DNA of 64,000 nt, taken from an uncultured Conexibacteraceae bacterium (lineage in GTDB: Bacteria; Actinomycetota; Thermoleophilia; Solirubrobacterales; 70-9). The stretch spans positions 17,257-81,256 of the forward strand of contig CAZQMB010000004.1 of assembly GCA_964594365.1 (NCBI GenBank), written 5' to 3'. Within the stretch, counting starts at the first letter, position 1, and each line of letters begins with the position of its first letter. Under the pieces are notes generated by a model. That model searched no databases, was not told the DNA's origin, and was given only the letters and a program-made list of their open reading frames with translations. Below are positions 1 through 8,845 of the stretch, one piece after another. The translations under genes and the position numbers were made by a program.

Positions 1-545
1 AGGAATTCCTCGCAGTCCGCGGCGAGGGCGTCGAGCCCGCTCCGGGACTCTCGGCCAACACCGAGATCGAGCGGATGTTCTGGACCTATGGTCTGCGCGG
101 CAGGCCGGTCAGGCAGGTGATGGAGGTGATGGCTGAATTGGTGGATCGCTCGTCAGTGGGTGGGGCGGGGTTCGACCTGGGCGCCGCGACCTTCGACGTG
201 ACCCGAATCGTCACAGGGCAGCTCGACGCCTACATCGAACCCAGTCCGAGGATCGTCGACGAAGTACCCGGCATGCGCGCCGAGTTCGAGCGCGTGGGGG
301 GAGGAGAGGTCCTCAACAACTCCCCCTACGATCTCGCCGCTGCGCTGCTCTGCGCTGAGGAGGCCGGGGTAACCGTCACCGATGCCTGGGGCAAACCGCT
401 GGACGACAGGCCTCTGCTCGGCTCCGGACACGAGTTCCAGCTCTCCTGTGTCGCTGCCTGCACTCCGGAGCTGCACGCGGCCATCTGCAAGGAAATCGAC
501 GCCGGGATAGAGCGGTTGCAGCGGGCGCGCCGCGGCGACGAATAG
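1..545 (+). CDS. Inositol-monophosphatase/FBPase-family phosphatase, C-terminal part (5' end outside window)
   Basis: The reading frame is open from nt 3 to the stop at 545, so the gene starts left of the window. It shows the C-terminal IMPase-family pattern GQLDAYIEP...SPYDLAAALLCAEEAGVTVTDAWGKPL. The substrate cannot be assigned. Confidence 0.7.
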   Translation, partial: EFLAVRGEGVEPAPGLSANTEIERMFWTYGLRGRPVRQVMEVMAELVDRSSVGGAGFDLGAATFDVTRIVTGQLDAYIEPSPRIVDEVPGMRAEFERVGGGEVLNNSPYDLAAALLCAEEAGVTVTDAWGKPLDDRPLLGSGHEFQLSCVAACTPELHAAICKEIDAGIERLQRARRGDE

Positions 546-558
546 GTTTGCCCGCCTA

Positions 559-1794
559 ATGCAGGAAGTAGCCGTCGGACACAAGTCGCTTGCCGATTAC
601 ACGCACCTCGCTGGGAGGGGGCGAATCGAGGAGATCCAGGAACTCGCGGCAGAGCTGCAGGGAAAACGGGTTCTGCACCTCAGTGCGACCGCGTTCGGTG
701 GCGGGGTGTCGGAGATCCTGTTCACGCTGATACCGCTGATGAACGACGTCGGACTGGATACCCACTGGCGGGTGATCATGGGCAAGGAAGAGTTCTTCAA
801 CGCGACCAAACTCCTCCACAACTCACTGCAGGGCGATCCGAACAGCCTCTCCGCTGAACAGTGGGAACTGTTCGACGAGTACCAGCGTCTGAACGGCGAA
901 GCGCTCGAGGACGATTGGGACGTGATCATCGTCCACGACCCGCAGCCGGTCGGGATCCGGAGGATCGCCGCCGAACACTCGGGCAAGTGGATCTGGCGAT
1001 GTCACATCGATCTCTCGACCCCCAACCCCGAGCCGATCGAACGCCTCGAGCCACTGATCGCCGAGTACGACGCGAGCGTCTGGCATATGGAGAAGTATGT
1101 ACCGACTCACCTCAAGGATCTGGACGGAATCCGGATAGTCCCTCCGGCCATCGATCCACTCTCCCCGAAGAACATGGCCCTCTCACCAGAGGACGCCTCC
1201 TTCGTATGCGACCAGTTCGGCATCGACGTGGAGCGGCCACTGATCTGTCAGGTATCCAGGTTCGACCCCTGGAAGGACCCGATCGGCGTGATCGACGCAT
1301 ACCGCCAGGTTCGTGAGGAGATCCCAGAGGCGCAACTCGCTCTGGTCGGATCCATGGCGAGCGACGACCCGGAGGGTTGGGAGTTCTTCCAGAGCACCTA
1401 CGAACACGCCGATTCGGACCCCGACATAAAGATCCTCAACAACCTGAACAACGTGGGAGCGATCGAGGTGAATGCTTTCCAGTCCCAGGCCGACCTGATC
1501 CTCCAGAAATCGATCAGGGAAGGATTCGGGCTGACCGTCAGTGAGGGTCTCTGGAAGTCCCGTCCGGTCATCGCCGGCAACGTGGGTGGAATCCCGCTGC
1601 AGATCGTCGATGGTGAGAGCGGCTTCCTGGTCGACTCGCCCGAACAGTGTGCGGAGAGATCAGTGGAGATCCTGAAAGACCCGGAGCTCGGCAGGCGGTT
1701 GGGTAAGGCCGGCAAGGAACGCACCCGCGAACGTTTCCTGACGCCGAGGCTTCTGGCCGACTGGCTGCGGATCTTCCACGATCTGGACATCTGA
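559..1794 (+). CDS. treT: Trehalose glycosyltransferring synthase TreT (NDP-glucose + glucose -> trehalose), GT4
   Basis: 411-aa ORF with a collinear string of TreT-type motifs: SATAFGGGVSEIL, WRCHIDLS, VSRFDPWKD, SDDPEGW, VNAFQ, SIREGFGLTVSE, QIVDGESGFLV. Confidence 0.9.
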   Translation: MQEVAVGHKSLADYTHLAGRGRIEEIQELAAELQGKRVLHLSATAFGGGVSEILFTLIPLMNDVGLDTHWRVIMGKEEFFNATKLLHNSLQGDPNSLSAEQWELFDEYQRLNGEALEDDWDVIIVHDPQPVGIRRIAAEHSGKWIWRCHIDLSTPNPEPIERLEPLIAEYDASVWHMEKYVPTHLKDLDGIRIVPPAIDPLSPKNMALSPEDASFVCDQFGIDVERPLICQVSRFDPWKDPIGVIDAYRQVREEIPEAQLALVGSMASDDPEGWEFFQSTYEHADSDPDIKILNNLNNVGAIEVNAFQSQADLILQKSIREGFGLTVSEGLWKSRPVIAGNVGGIPLQIVDGESGFLVDSPEQCAERSVEILKDPELGRRLGKAGKERTRERFLTPRLLADWLRIFHDLDI

Positions 1795-1854
1795 CCGTAA
1801 GCGGATGGCCGAGCAGGTAGTGCTGGGGACCGACGCGGCTACTCTGGAAGTGAG

Positions 1855-3351
1855 ATGAATCCGCCACGCCCCCTGACCATCGTCTCGAACCGGGGTCCCG
1901 CCGAATTCGACCGTGACGAGCAGACCGGCGAGCGCATCGTGCGGAAGGGCGGTGGCGGACTGGTCACAGCCCTCAGCGGCTTGGTCTCGCACCGAAAGGC
2001 GCTCTGGGTCGCATCTGCGATGACCGCGGAGGATGTCCAGGTGGCCAGAGAGTCGGGTGGACCAACCGAGATCGAACTCGAGGGGATCGATTACGAGGTC
2101 CTGATGGTCGAGAGTGATCCCGCGGCCTACGAAGGCTTCTACAACATCATCGCCAACCCGATCCTGTGGTTCGTCCAGCACTACCTGTGGGACCTCTCGA
2201 ACGTGCCGGACATTCGCCGCAGTGAGCAGGTGGCATGGCGCGACGGATACCTGGCCGTGAACGCGGACATCGCTCAAGCGGTGATAGAGGCAATCACCGG
2301 CCAGGAGGAACCGTTGGTGATGTTCCACGACTACCACCTCTACACCTGCCCGGGTCTGGTCAAGGCAGCCCGACCGGATGCTGTCTGTCAGCACTTCGTC
2401 CACATCCCCTGGTCGCAGCCCGACTCATGGCGGATCTTGCCCGGCACCTGGAGGGAACGGATCTTCGAAGGGCTGCTGGCCAACGACATAATCGGCTTCC
2501 ACACACTCGCCTACTGCCGGAACTTCCTCCACTGTTGCGATGACCTGATGGGGCTGGAGGTCGACTACGAGCGCAACGCCGTGATCCACGGAGGCAGAGA
2601 AACCTGGGTGCGGGAGTACCCGCTCTCGATCGACGTGGAGCGGATGCACAGGGCAGCGGCCTCTCCCGAGGTGGAGCGGTACGAGAAGGAGCTGACCCGG
2701 CGCCGAAGGGACAATCTGATCATCCGGGTCGATCGGGCGGACCTCTCGAAGAACATCCTCCGCGGTTTCACCGCGTTCGACGTCTTCCTCGAGCAGCACC
2801 CGGAGTTCCGCGAGAAGGTGACATTCATCGCCCATCTCCAACCTTCCCGAGAGGATGTGCCCGAATACGCTGAATACCTGGAGAAGATCGAGGCGCTCGT
2901 CGCCGTGGTCAACCATCGCCACGGCACCACCGACTGGATGCCCATCGACCTGCGGATCTACGAGAACTTCCCCGAAGCGGTCGCGCGCTTCAAGCAGTTC
3001 GACCTGCTGATCGTGAATTCCCTGTTCGACGGGATGAACCTCGTCGCGAAGGAGGCGCCTGCGGTGAACGAGCGTGACGGCGTACTGATGCTCTCCGAGA
3101 ACACCGGTGCGCACGAGGAGCTCGGATCCTGCGCTCTCTCCGTCAACCCGTTCGATATCCAGGAGCAGGCGGACACCATCTTCCGGGCCCTGACCATGGA
3201 TCCAGAGGAGCGAGCTGATCGGGCGGCAAGATTGAAGGCGATCGTGGCCGCACGAAATCCAGGGGAATGGGTGGACGAGCAACTGGCAGACATCTCAGCC
3301 AAGCTGGCCGCCGACGCAGCACCCCCGGATCAACGCTCGAACCCGAACTGA
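1855..3351 (+). CDS. otsA: Alpha,alpha-trehalose-phosphate synthase OtsA (GT20)
   Basis: 498-aa ORF with N-terminal IVSNRGP, FHDYHLY, and length and layout typical of GT20 trehalose-6-P synthases. Confidence 0.9.
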   Translation: MNPPRPLTIVSNRGPAEFDRDEQTGERIVRKGGGGLVTALSGLVSHRKALWVASAMTAEDVQVARESGGPTEIELEGIDYEVLMVESDPAAYEGFYNIIANPILWFVQHYLWDLSNVPDIRRSEQVAWRDGYLAVNADIAQAVIEAITGQEEPLVMFHDYHLYTCPGLVKAARPDAVCQHFVHIPWSQPDSWRILPGTWRERIFEGLLANDIIGFHTLAYCRNFLHCCDDLMGLEVDYERNAVIHGGRETWVREYPLSIDVERMHRAAASPEVERYEKELTRRRRDNLIIRVDRADLSKNILRGFTAFDVFLEQHPEFREKVTFIAHLQPSREDVPEYAEYLEKIEALVAVVNHRHGTTDWMPIDLRIYENFPEAVARFKQFDLLIVNSLFDGMNLVAKEAPAVNERDGVLMLSENTGAHEELGSCALSVNPFDIQEQADTIFRALTMDPEERADRAARLKAIVAARNPGEWVDEQLADISAKLAADAAPPDQRSNPN

Positions 3352-3743
3352 CCCGGCGGATCGGGCCTTGACGGCCGCGGTGCGCTCGTCGCAGGTGACC
3401 AGTAGCTCGGGACCGGAGTGGGTTCATCGGGGGAAGCGGGCGGCCTGCGGGGAGTCTGGTGCCGACGCGCAGGTTTCGGCCTTTTCGGACGGGATCGCCG
3501 CCTCGAACCTGGGCGATCGGTGAGGTCGGAGGAACCCGGTTCCACGAGATCTTCCTCCGGCAGCCGAGGTGCTTCGTTCTCCAACCCGACCAGCCCGACC
3601 CGCTCGGGCAGGGGCGCAGGTTCCGCAGGAGCGAGCAGCCGGGAGACGAGTACGACGAGTGCTACGGAGGCAACGACCAGGCCCATGGCCCTGAGGGCAC
3701 GGCGATGATTCACCCTGAGTCCACGCAGGCGCGGAATCGACAT
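3330..3743 (-). CDS. Hypothetical membrane-anchored Pro/Arg-rich protein
   Basis: The internal ATG at 3743 gives MSIPRLRG..., followed by one hydrophobic segment (AMGLVVASVALVVLVSRLL) and a P/R-rich tail. Third-position GC looks coding-like by eye. No recognisable family. The 3' end overlaps the otsA stop by 22 nt. Confidence 0.3.
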   Translation of the reverse strand: MSIPRLRGLRVNHRRALRAMGLVVASVALVVLVSRLLAPAEPAPLPERVGLVGLENEAPRLPEEDLVEPGSSDLTDRPGSRRRSRPKRPKPARRHQTPRRPPASPDEPTPVPSYWSPATSAPRPSRPDPPGQFGFER

Positions 3744-3821
3744 GGCTATCCCGAAACCTGGCCGTATCGGCTCATGCGATCGATGAGCTTCGTGCGGCTC
3801 CCCTTCTCCCCCGCTATAGTC

Positions 3822-3855
3822 GGCCGCCGCGTCCGGATCAACCGCCGATGCGGCC
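3822..3855 (+). promoter_or_regulatory. GC-rich stem-loop in the rpsF 5' leader, with a TATAGT -10-like hexamer just upstream at 3815-3820
   Basis: GGCCGC (3822-3827) pairs perfectly with GCGGCC (3850-3855) around a 22-nt loop. The structure ends 9 nt before the rpsF ATG. Confidence 0.3.
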
Positions 3856-3864
3856 AAAGACGAA

Positions 3865-4260
3865 ATGACACGAAACTACGAACTCGTACTGATGCTCGAT
3901 GCCGAGGCCACGGATGAGGCCCGCGAAGCCATCGTGGGAGATGTCAAGACCCGGATCGAAGGCGGCGGTGACCTGGACCTCGCCGACAATTGGGGCATCC
4001 GCAAGATGGCCTACGAGATCGATCAGCGAAATGAAGCCGACTACAGGTACTTCCGGTTCAAGGGGGAAAATCCCCTCCTCGAGGACCTCAACCACAACCT
4101 GAAGATCTCCGAAGGCGTTCTCCGCCACCGGATCTTCAAGGTCGACCCCGAGTCGCCCACCACCGCTCCGCCCACATCCGATCGGCCCCACTCAGTCGGC
4201 TCGGAGCGATCGGACGATGGCGAAGGACGCGGTTCCGCGCGGTCCGGCCGCGACGACTGA
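3865..4260 (+). CDS. rpsF: 30S ribosomal protein S6
   Basis: MTRNYELVLMLD..., WGIRKMAYEI, HRIFKV. Canonical position ahead of ssb-rpsR-rplI. Confidence 0.95.
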   Translation: MTRNYELVLMLDAEATDEAREAIVGDVKTRIEGGGDLDLADNWGIRKMAYEIDQRNEADYRYFRFKGENPLLEDLNHNLKISEGVLRHRIFKVDPESPTTAPPTSDRPHSVGSERSDDGEGRGSARSGRDD

Positions 4261-4408
4261 GGACACTCTCCCTCCGCCAATCGGCTTCCGGGTGATTCTC
4301 GTCTCCGGACTTTGCGGGATTGGTTGCCATCGAAGCGCATTCAGTCGCCGCCTTGCGGCCTAAGATTCTGCGCAAGTAAATACCTAACGCAACAGAGGAG
4401 CTGATCGC

Positions 4409-4864
4409 GTGGCTGCAAGCAACATCAACATAGTCGCAATAACAGGCAACCTGACCAAGGATCCCGAACTTCGATCGACAGGCAGTGGGATGTCGGTCTG
4501 CCAGCTCAGGGTCGCCGTCAACAGTCGCCGGAAGGACCAGAACGGCGAGTGGGTCGACAAGCCGAACTACTTCGACGTAACGGTCTTCGGTGCGCAGGGT
4601 GAGAACTGTGCCAACTACCTCGCCAAGGGGCGACCCGTCGCAGTAGAGGGAAGGCTCGACTTCAGCGAATGGGAGGCGAAAGACGGTTCGGGCAAGCGGA
4701 ACAAGGTCGAGATCATCGCCAACTCCGTCCAGTTCCTCGGGTCCCGGTCCGACGGAGCGGGCGGCAACGGAAACGGGTTCGAGGCGACCTCGGACGTACC
4801 GGCGGACACCTCCGATTTCGTCCAGGCGGGGGCCGCTGCAAGCGACGAAGACATCCCCTTCTGA
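4409..4864 (+). CDS. ssb: Single-stranded DNA-binding protein
   Basis: GTG start. OB-fold pattern NIVAITGNLTKDPELR...YFDVTVFG...VAVEGRL, a Gly-rich linker and an acidic C-terminal tip DEDIPF. Confidence 0.95.
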   Translation: MAASNINIVAITGNLTKDPELRSTGSGMSVCQLRVAVNSRRKDQNGEWVDKPNYFDVTVFGAQGENCANYLAKGRPVAVEGRLDFSEWEAKDGSGKRNKVEIIANSVQFLGSRSDGAGGNGNGFEATSDVPADTSDFVQAGAAASDEDIPF

Positions 4865-4889
4865 GGACGCGAGTCCATTCGAATCTCCG

Positions 4890-4914
4890 AACGGCCCGCC
4901 CACGGCGGGCCGTT
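4890..4914 (+). terminator. Hairpin downstream of ssb (possible intrinsic terminator or attenuator)
   Basis: AACGGCCCGCC-CAC-GGCGGGCCGTT forms an 11-bp perfect stem 26 nt after the ssb stop. It is followed by TGCATT, so the U-tract is weak. Confidence 0.4.
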
Positions 4915-4998
4915 TGCATTCCCGGCACCCTGAGAGGAAAGTGAGCCCCTCTGCGTGTACCATCTGCGGCCGCGGCTGAGTTGCCGCTTCCCACACAG

Positions 4999-5262
4999 AT
5001 GGCAAGACCTCAGAAACAAGACGACTCACGGCGCAGGCGCGGTCCTGGTGCCGATCGCTTTCGCCCGCGGAAGTACGCCCGACTCAGCGTCGACTACATC
5101 GACTACAAGGATCTCACTCTGCTGCGCCGATTCCTCTCGGACCGCGGGAAGACCCGTTCCCGGCGGGTTACCGGACTTTCCCGGAAGCACCAGCAGCAGT
5201 TCGCCGTGGCTGTGAAGCGGGCCCGGGAACTGGCTCTGCTTCCCTACGTCGGAGAGCGCTGA
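4999..5262 (+). CDS. rpsR: 30S ribosomal protein S18
   Basis: The ATG at 4999 gives MARPQKQ... (the ORF track's alternative TTG is at 4981). Motifs: [27 protein letters not shown]...[12 protein letters not shown]. Confidence 0.93.
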   Translation: MARPQKQDDSRRRRGPGADRFRPRKYARLSVDYIDYKDLTLLRRFLSDRGKTRSRRVTGLSRKHQQQFAVAVKRARELALLPYVGER

Positions 5263-5264
5263 GC

Positions 5265-5717
5265 ATGGCGGAGGCGATCCTCCTGCAGGACGTCGAGGGG
5301 CTCGGCTCGCGAGGTGACGCGATCGACGTAGCACCCGGCTACCTTCGGAACTATCTCGTACCACGCAAGCTGGCTCAAGGGGCGAGCGCTGGAGCCCTCG
5401 AAGAGGCTCGCAGGAAGGTCGAGCAGGCAAGGGCGGCCGAGACCGCCGCTGTCGAGAAGGCCGCAGAGACCGCTGAGTTGCTCTCGAAGACGGTCCTGAC
5501 CATCAATCATCGGGCTGGTGAGGACGGGAAGCTGTTCGGCTCTGTGACCTCGAAGGAGATCGCCGAGGCAATCGAAGCAGCGCGAGGCGTCAAGATCCAG
5601 AAGAAGAAGATCGTCCTCCCGGAACCGATCAGGGAGACCGGAACCTTCATGGTCGAAGTCGAGGTCGCAAAGGGTCACGTCGCCTCGATCAAGACGATCG
5701 TCGCCGAAGCACACTGA
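5265..5717 (+). CDS. rplI: 50S ribosomal protein L9
   Basis: ILLQDVEGLGSRGD...VAPGYLRNYLVPRKLA. Starts 3 nt after rpsR. Confidence 0.95.
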   Translation: MAEAILLQDVEGLGSRGDAIDVAPGYLRNYLVPRKLAQGASAGALEEARRKVEQARAAETAAVEKAAETAELLSKTVLTINHRAGEDGKLFGSVTSKEIAEAIEAARGVKIQKKKIVLPEPIRETGTFMVEVEVAKGHVASIKTIVAEAH

Positions 5718-5728
5718 ATCAACCTCCG

Positions 5729-7168
5729 GTGCCCTCCGACGTGACTCCCGAACCTCCCCGCAGTGTCGAGGCGGTGGATGCCCTCCCTCGTGATCGACTC
5801 CCCGAAAGGACGCGCCTGCGCCTGGAAGGAGGGAAGCGGATACGCGATGGAGTTCCTCGTTCCTCTCAGGGTATCTGGGAGGCACCGGACGACCGCCCAG
5901 ATCCGGTTTCGATCCTCGAGAAGCAGGCAAAGACACGGGTACCTGAACTCGTGCCGATCAGATACGGCCGGATGCTGGAGAGCGCGTTCGCCTTCTTCCG
6001 TGGCGGAGCCGCCATCATGGCTTGGGACCTCTCGAGAACGCCGACGAGCGAACTCCGGGTCCAAGCCTGCGGAGATGCGCACCTCGAGAACTTCGGAGCG
6101 TTCGCCGCTCCGGATCGCACGATGGTCTTCGACCTGAACGACTTCGACGAGACCCTCCCCGCTCCCTTCGAGTGGGACCTGAAACGTCTCGCCGCGAGCA
6201 TCGCGATCGCTGCGAGAGACATGGGCTTCAGCCGGGAGGACTCCCGAATGGCGACCCGTGCAGCGGGAACCTACTACCGGGACCTGATCGGGGAGTTCGC
6301 CGGCATGCGGTTCATCGAACTCTGGTACTCGCGAATACCGATGAAGAAGATCCTCGAATCCGTCGCCGCTACCGGAGACGAGCGGGCGATCAAGCAGGCC
6401 AAGAAGCAGGTCAAGAAGGCCAAGCATCGAACTGCGCTCGGGGCGCTCGCGAAGTTCGCCGTAAAGGACGGCGACGAGTGGAAGATCAAGCCCGAGCCGC
6501 CTCTGATCGAGACGGTCCCGATCGAGGCGCTCCCGGGTGGGCCGGACATGTTCAAGCAGGGTCTCCAGGACTACACAGACACGCTGTCGCCTGAGCGGCA
6601 ACTCGTGATGGAGCGGTATCGATTCGCCGATGTCGCGCGGAAGGTCGTCGGAGTCGGCTCGGTGGGAATGGTCTCGATGATGATCCTGATGGTCGGCGAC
6701 CGTGATGACGACCCACTGTTCCTCCAGCTTAAGCAGGCGACCGAGTCGGTTCTGGCGCAGTACGCCGGAGCCAGCGTGTATTCGCATCCCGGCGAGCGGG
6801 TGGTGCAGGGCCAGCGGATCATGCAGGCTGCAAGCGATTCATTCCTCGGCTGGGTCACCGGCGCGATGGGTCTGGGGCTCGACTACTACGTGCGGCAGCT
6901 TCGCGACATGAAGGGTTCGGTGGATCTGACCAAGATGGATCCGCAGGGACTCATCAACTACGCAGGGCTGTGCGGTAGTTGCCTCGCCCACGCTCATGCG
7001 AGATCCGGAGACGCTGCGGCCATGACCGGCTACATCGGTACGTGTGACGAAATGGTCGATGCGCTGAGTGACTTCGCCGAGGCGTACGCCGATCAGAACG
7101 AGAGGGATTTCGAGGCGCTCGTTGCCGCCGAGAAAGACGGGCGCATCGAAGCCGAGTTCGGCCTCTGA
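5729..7168 (+). CDS. DUF2252-family protein (function unknown)
   Basis: 479-aa ORF with a GTG start. Characteristic DUF2252 stretch: VPIRYGRMLESAFAFFRGGAAIMAWDL...CGDAHLENFGAF..VFDLNDFDET..PFEWDLKRLAAS. Confidence 0.85.
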   Translation: MPSDVTPEPPRSVEAVDALPRDRLPERTRLRLEGGKRIRDGVPRSSQGIWEAPDDRPDPVSILEKQAKTRVPELVPIRYGRMLESAFAFFRGGAAIMAWDLSRTPTSELRVQACGDAHLENFGAFAAPDRTMVFDLNDFDETLPAPFEWDLKRLAASIAIAARDMGFSREDSRMATRAAGTYYRDLIGEFAGMRFIELWYSRIPMKKILESVAATGDERAIKQAKKQVKKAKHRTALGALAKFAVKDGDEWKIKPEPPLIETVPIEALPGGPDMFKQGLQDYTDTLSPERQLVMERYRFADVARKVVGVGSVGMVSMMILMVGDRDDDPLFLQLKQATESVLAQYAGASVYSHPGERVVQGQRIMQAASDSFLGWVTGAMGLGLDYYVRQLRDMKGSVDLTKMDPQGLINYAGLCGSCLAHAHARSGDAAAMTGYIGTCDEMVDALSDFAEAYADQNERDFEALVAAEKDGRIEAEFGL

Positions 7169-7422
7169 GCGATTCCCGCTCCCAGCCACCCGGTGCGGTG
7201 CGGACCTGACTCGATTCGTTACGGATTTTCCCGCCATATGCGGCAACCGGGGCTGATCACGATGCCTGAGTGTGATTTTCTCCATCCGTCTGGGCAATGC
7301 AAGGTTGCGACCGCAAACAGCCGGTCCTGACCGGCGGCCTATGCACACTGATCACGAGGCGCTGAAAACCGAGGTTCCCGTGCACCGACGTTCCGGGGAA
7401 GAAAGTTGAGGATTGGCGAGAG

Positions 7423-8844
7423 TTGGCTGGAGACCAGACAGTAGTTCCGCCGCAGAATCTCGAGGCCGAGGAATCGGTGCTCGGAGCGATGATGGTCTCT
7501 GAGGCCGCTGTGGAGCCCGTGCTGCTGGAGGTCCGGCTGGCTCCCGAGGACTTCTACCGAGATCGACACAGGGTGATCTACCAGGCGATCCTCTCCCTCA
7601 ACGAGGAGAACGCCGCAATCGATGCCCTCACCGTCGCCGAGAGGCTCACACAGCAGGGGACCCTCGAGCAGGCCGGCGGGCGGGATGTGATCGCAGGCCT
7701 CGCGGCGACCGTCCCTGCAGCCGGAAACGCTGCGCACTACGCCAGGATCGTGAAGGAGAACTCCGTGCTTCGGAGACTCGACCGCGCGGCGAAGGAAATC
7801 CAGCAGTCGGTAGTCGATAGGGGCGACACCACCGGGGAGCTGGTCGAACGCGCAGAACGGCTCCTCTTCCAGGTGGCGCACACCGAACAGGCCTCGGACT
7901 TCAAGTCGGTGGAGGATGTCCTCCACGACGAGTGGGACAGACTCCAGCACCTGCACGAGAACAGCAACGAGCTGATCGGCACACCGTCCGGCTTTCGTGA
8001 CCTCGACAGCAAGACCGGTGGATTCCAGGCTGGGAACCTGATCGTGATCGCCGCCCGACCTTCGATGGGCAAGAGCACCTTCGTCTGCAATATCGCCGAG
8101 AACGTCGCGCTGAAAGCGAATCTCCCGGTGGCGCTCTTCTCGCTCGAGATGTCGGAGACGGAGCTCGCACAGAGGTTCCTCGCCTCTCAGGCCCGGATCA
8201 GCTCTGACAAGCTCAGGAGGGGGGCCGTTTCGGAATCCGATTGGCCGAAGGTGATGAGCGCAAACAACAGCCTCGCCAACGCCCCGTTGTGGATCGACGA
8301 CTCCGCCGACCTCAGCCTGCTCGAACTGCGGGCCAAGGCCCGCCGGCTCCATGCGGAGATGAAGCGCCAGAACGGTGAGAGGGGGCTCGGTTTGATCATC
8401 GTCGACTACATCCAGCTGCTCAGAGCCGATGACACTCACGCAAACCGGGTCGAACAGGTGGCTCAGTTCAGCCGTGGACTGAAGCTCCTCTCCCGCGAAC
8501 TCGAAGTGCCGGTGATCGCGGTCTCGCAGCTGTCGAGGGCACCCGAGCAGCGGCCCGACAAGCGGCCCATCCTGTCCGATCTGCGCGAATCAGGATCGAT
8601 CGAGCAGGACGCCGACATAGTCGGATTCCTCTATCGCGACGAGTACTACACGAAGGAGAACTCCGAGGAGCCAGGGATCGGCGATCTGATCCTCGCCAAG
8701 CACAGGAACGGTCCGGTCGGAGTAGTGAAGCTGGCCTTCATCTCCAGATACCCCAAGTTCGCCGATCGGGCGATCAGGGATGTACCGGTGGAACAAACCG
8801 CTACCGACGACCCGCCTGTGACCGACCTTGCAGAAGGTGGATGA
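7423..8844 (+). CDS. dnaB: Replicative DNA helicase DnaB
   Basis: TTG start. N-terminal PPQNLEAEESVLGAMM, Walker A ARPSMGKSTF, Walker B IIVDYIQLL, then VIAVSQLSR and SGSIEQDAD. No intein. Confidence 0.95.
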   Translation: MAGDQTVVPPQNLEAEESVLGAMMVSEAAVEPVLLEVRLAPEDFYRDRHRVIYQAILSLNEENAAIDALTVAERLTQQGTLEQAGGRDVIAGLAATVPAAGNAAHYARIVKENSVLRRLDRAAKEIQQSVVDRGDTTGELVERAERLLFQVAHTEQASDFKSVEDVLHDEWDRLQHLHENSNELIGTPSGFRDLDSKTGGFQAGNLIVIAARPSMGKSTFVCNIAENVALKANLPVALFSLEMSETELAQRFLASQARISSDKLRRGAVSESDWPKVMSANNSLANAPLWIDDSADLSLLELRAKARRLHAEMKRQNGERGLGLIIVDYIQLLRADDTHANRVEQVAQFSRGLKLLSRELEVPVIAVSQLSRAPEQRPDKRPILSDLRESGSIEQDADIVGFLYRDEYYTKENSEEPGIGDLILAKHRNGPVGVVKLAFISRYPKFADRAIRDVPVEQTATDDPPVTDLAEGG

Positions 8845-8845
8845 G

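Noticed and set aside
1660-3282. Antisense ORFs 1660-2403 and 2425-3282 opposite otsA
   Set aside because: Artefacts of GC-rich codon bias. otsA on the plus strand is well supported.
5675-8439. Two long antisense ORFs (5675-6787 and 7339-8439) opposite the DUF2252 gene and dnaB
   Set aside because: Both lie entirely within well-supported plus-strand genes and have low-complexity, motif-free translations.
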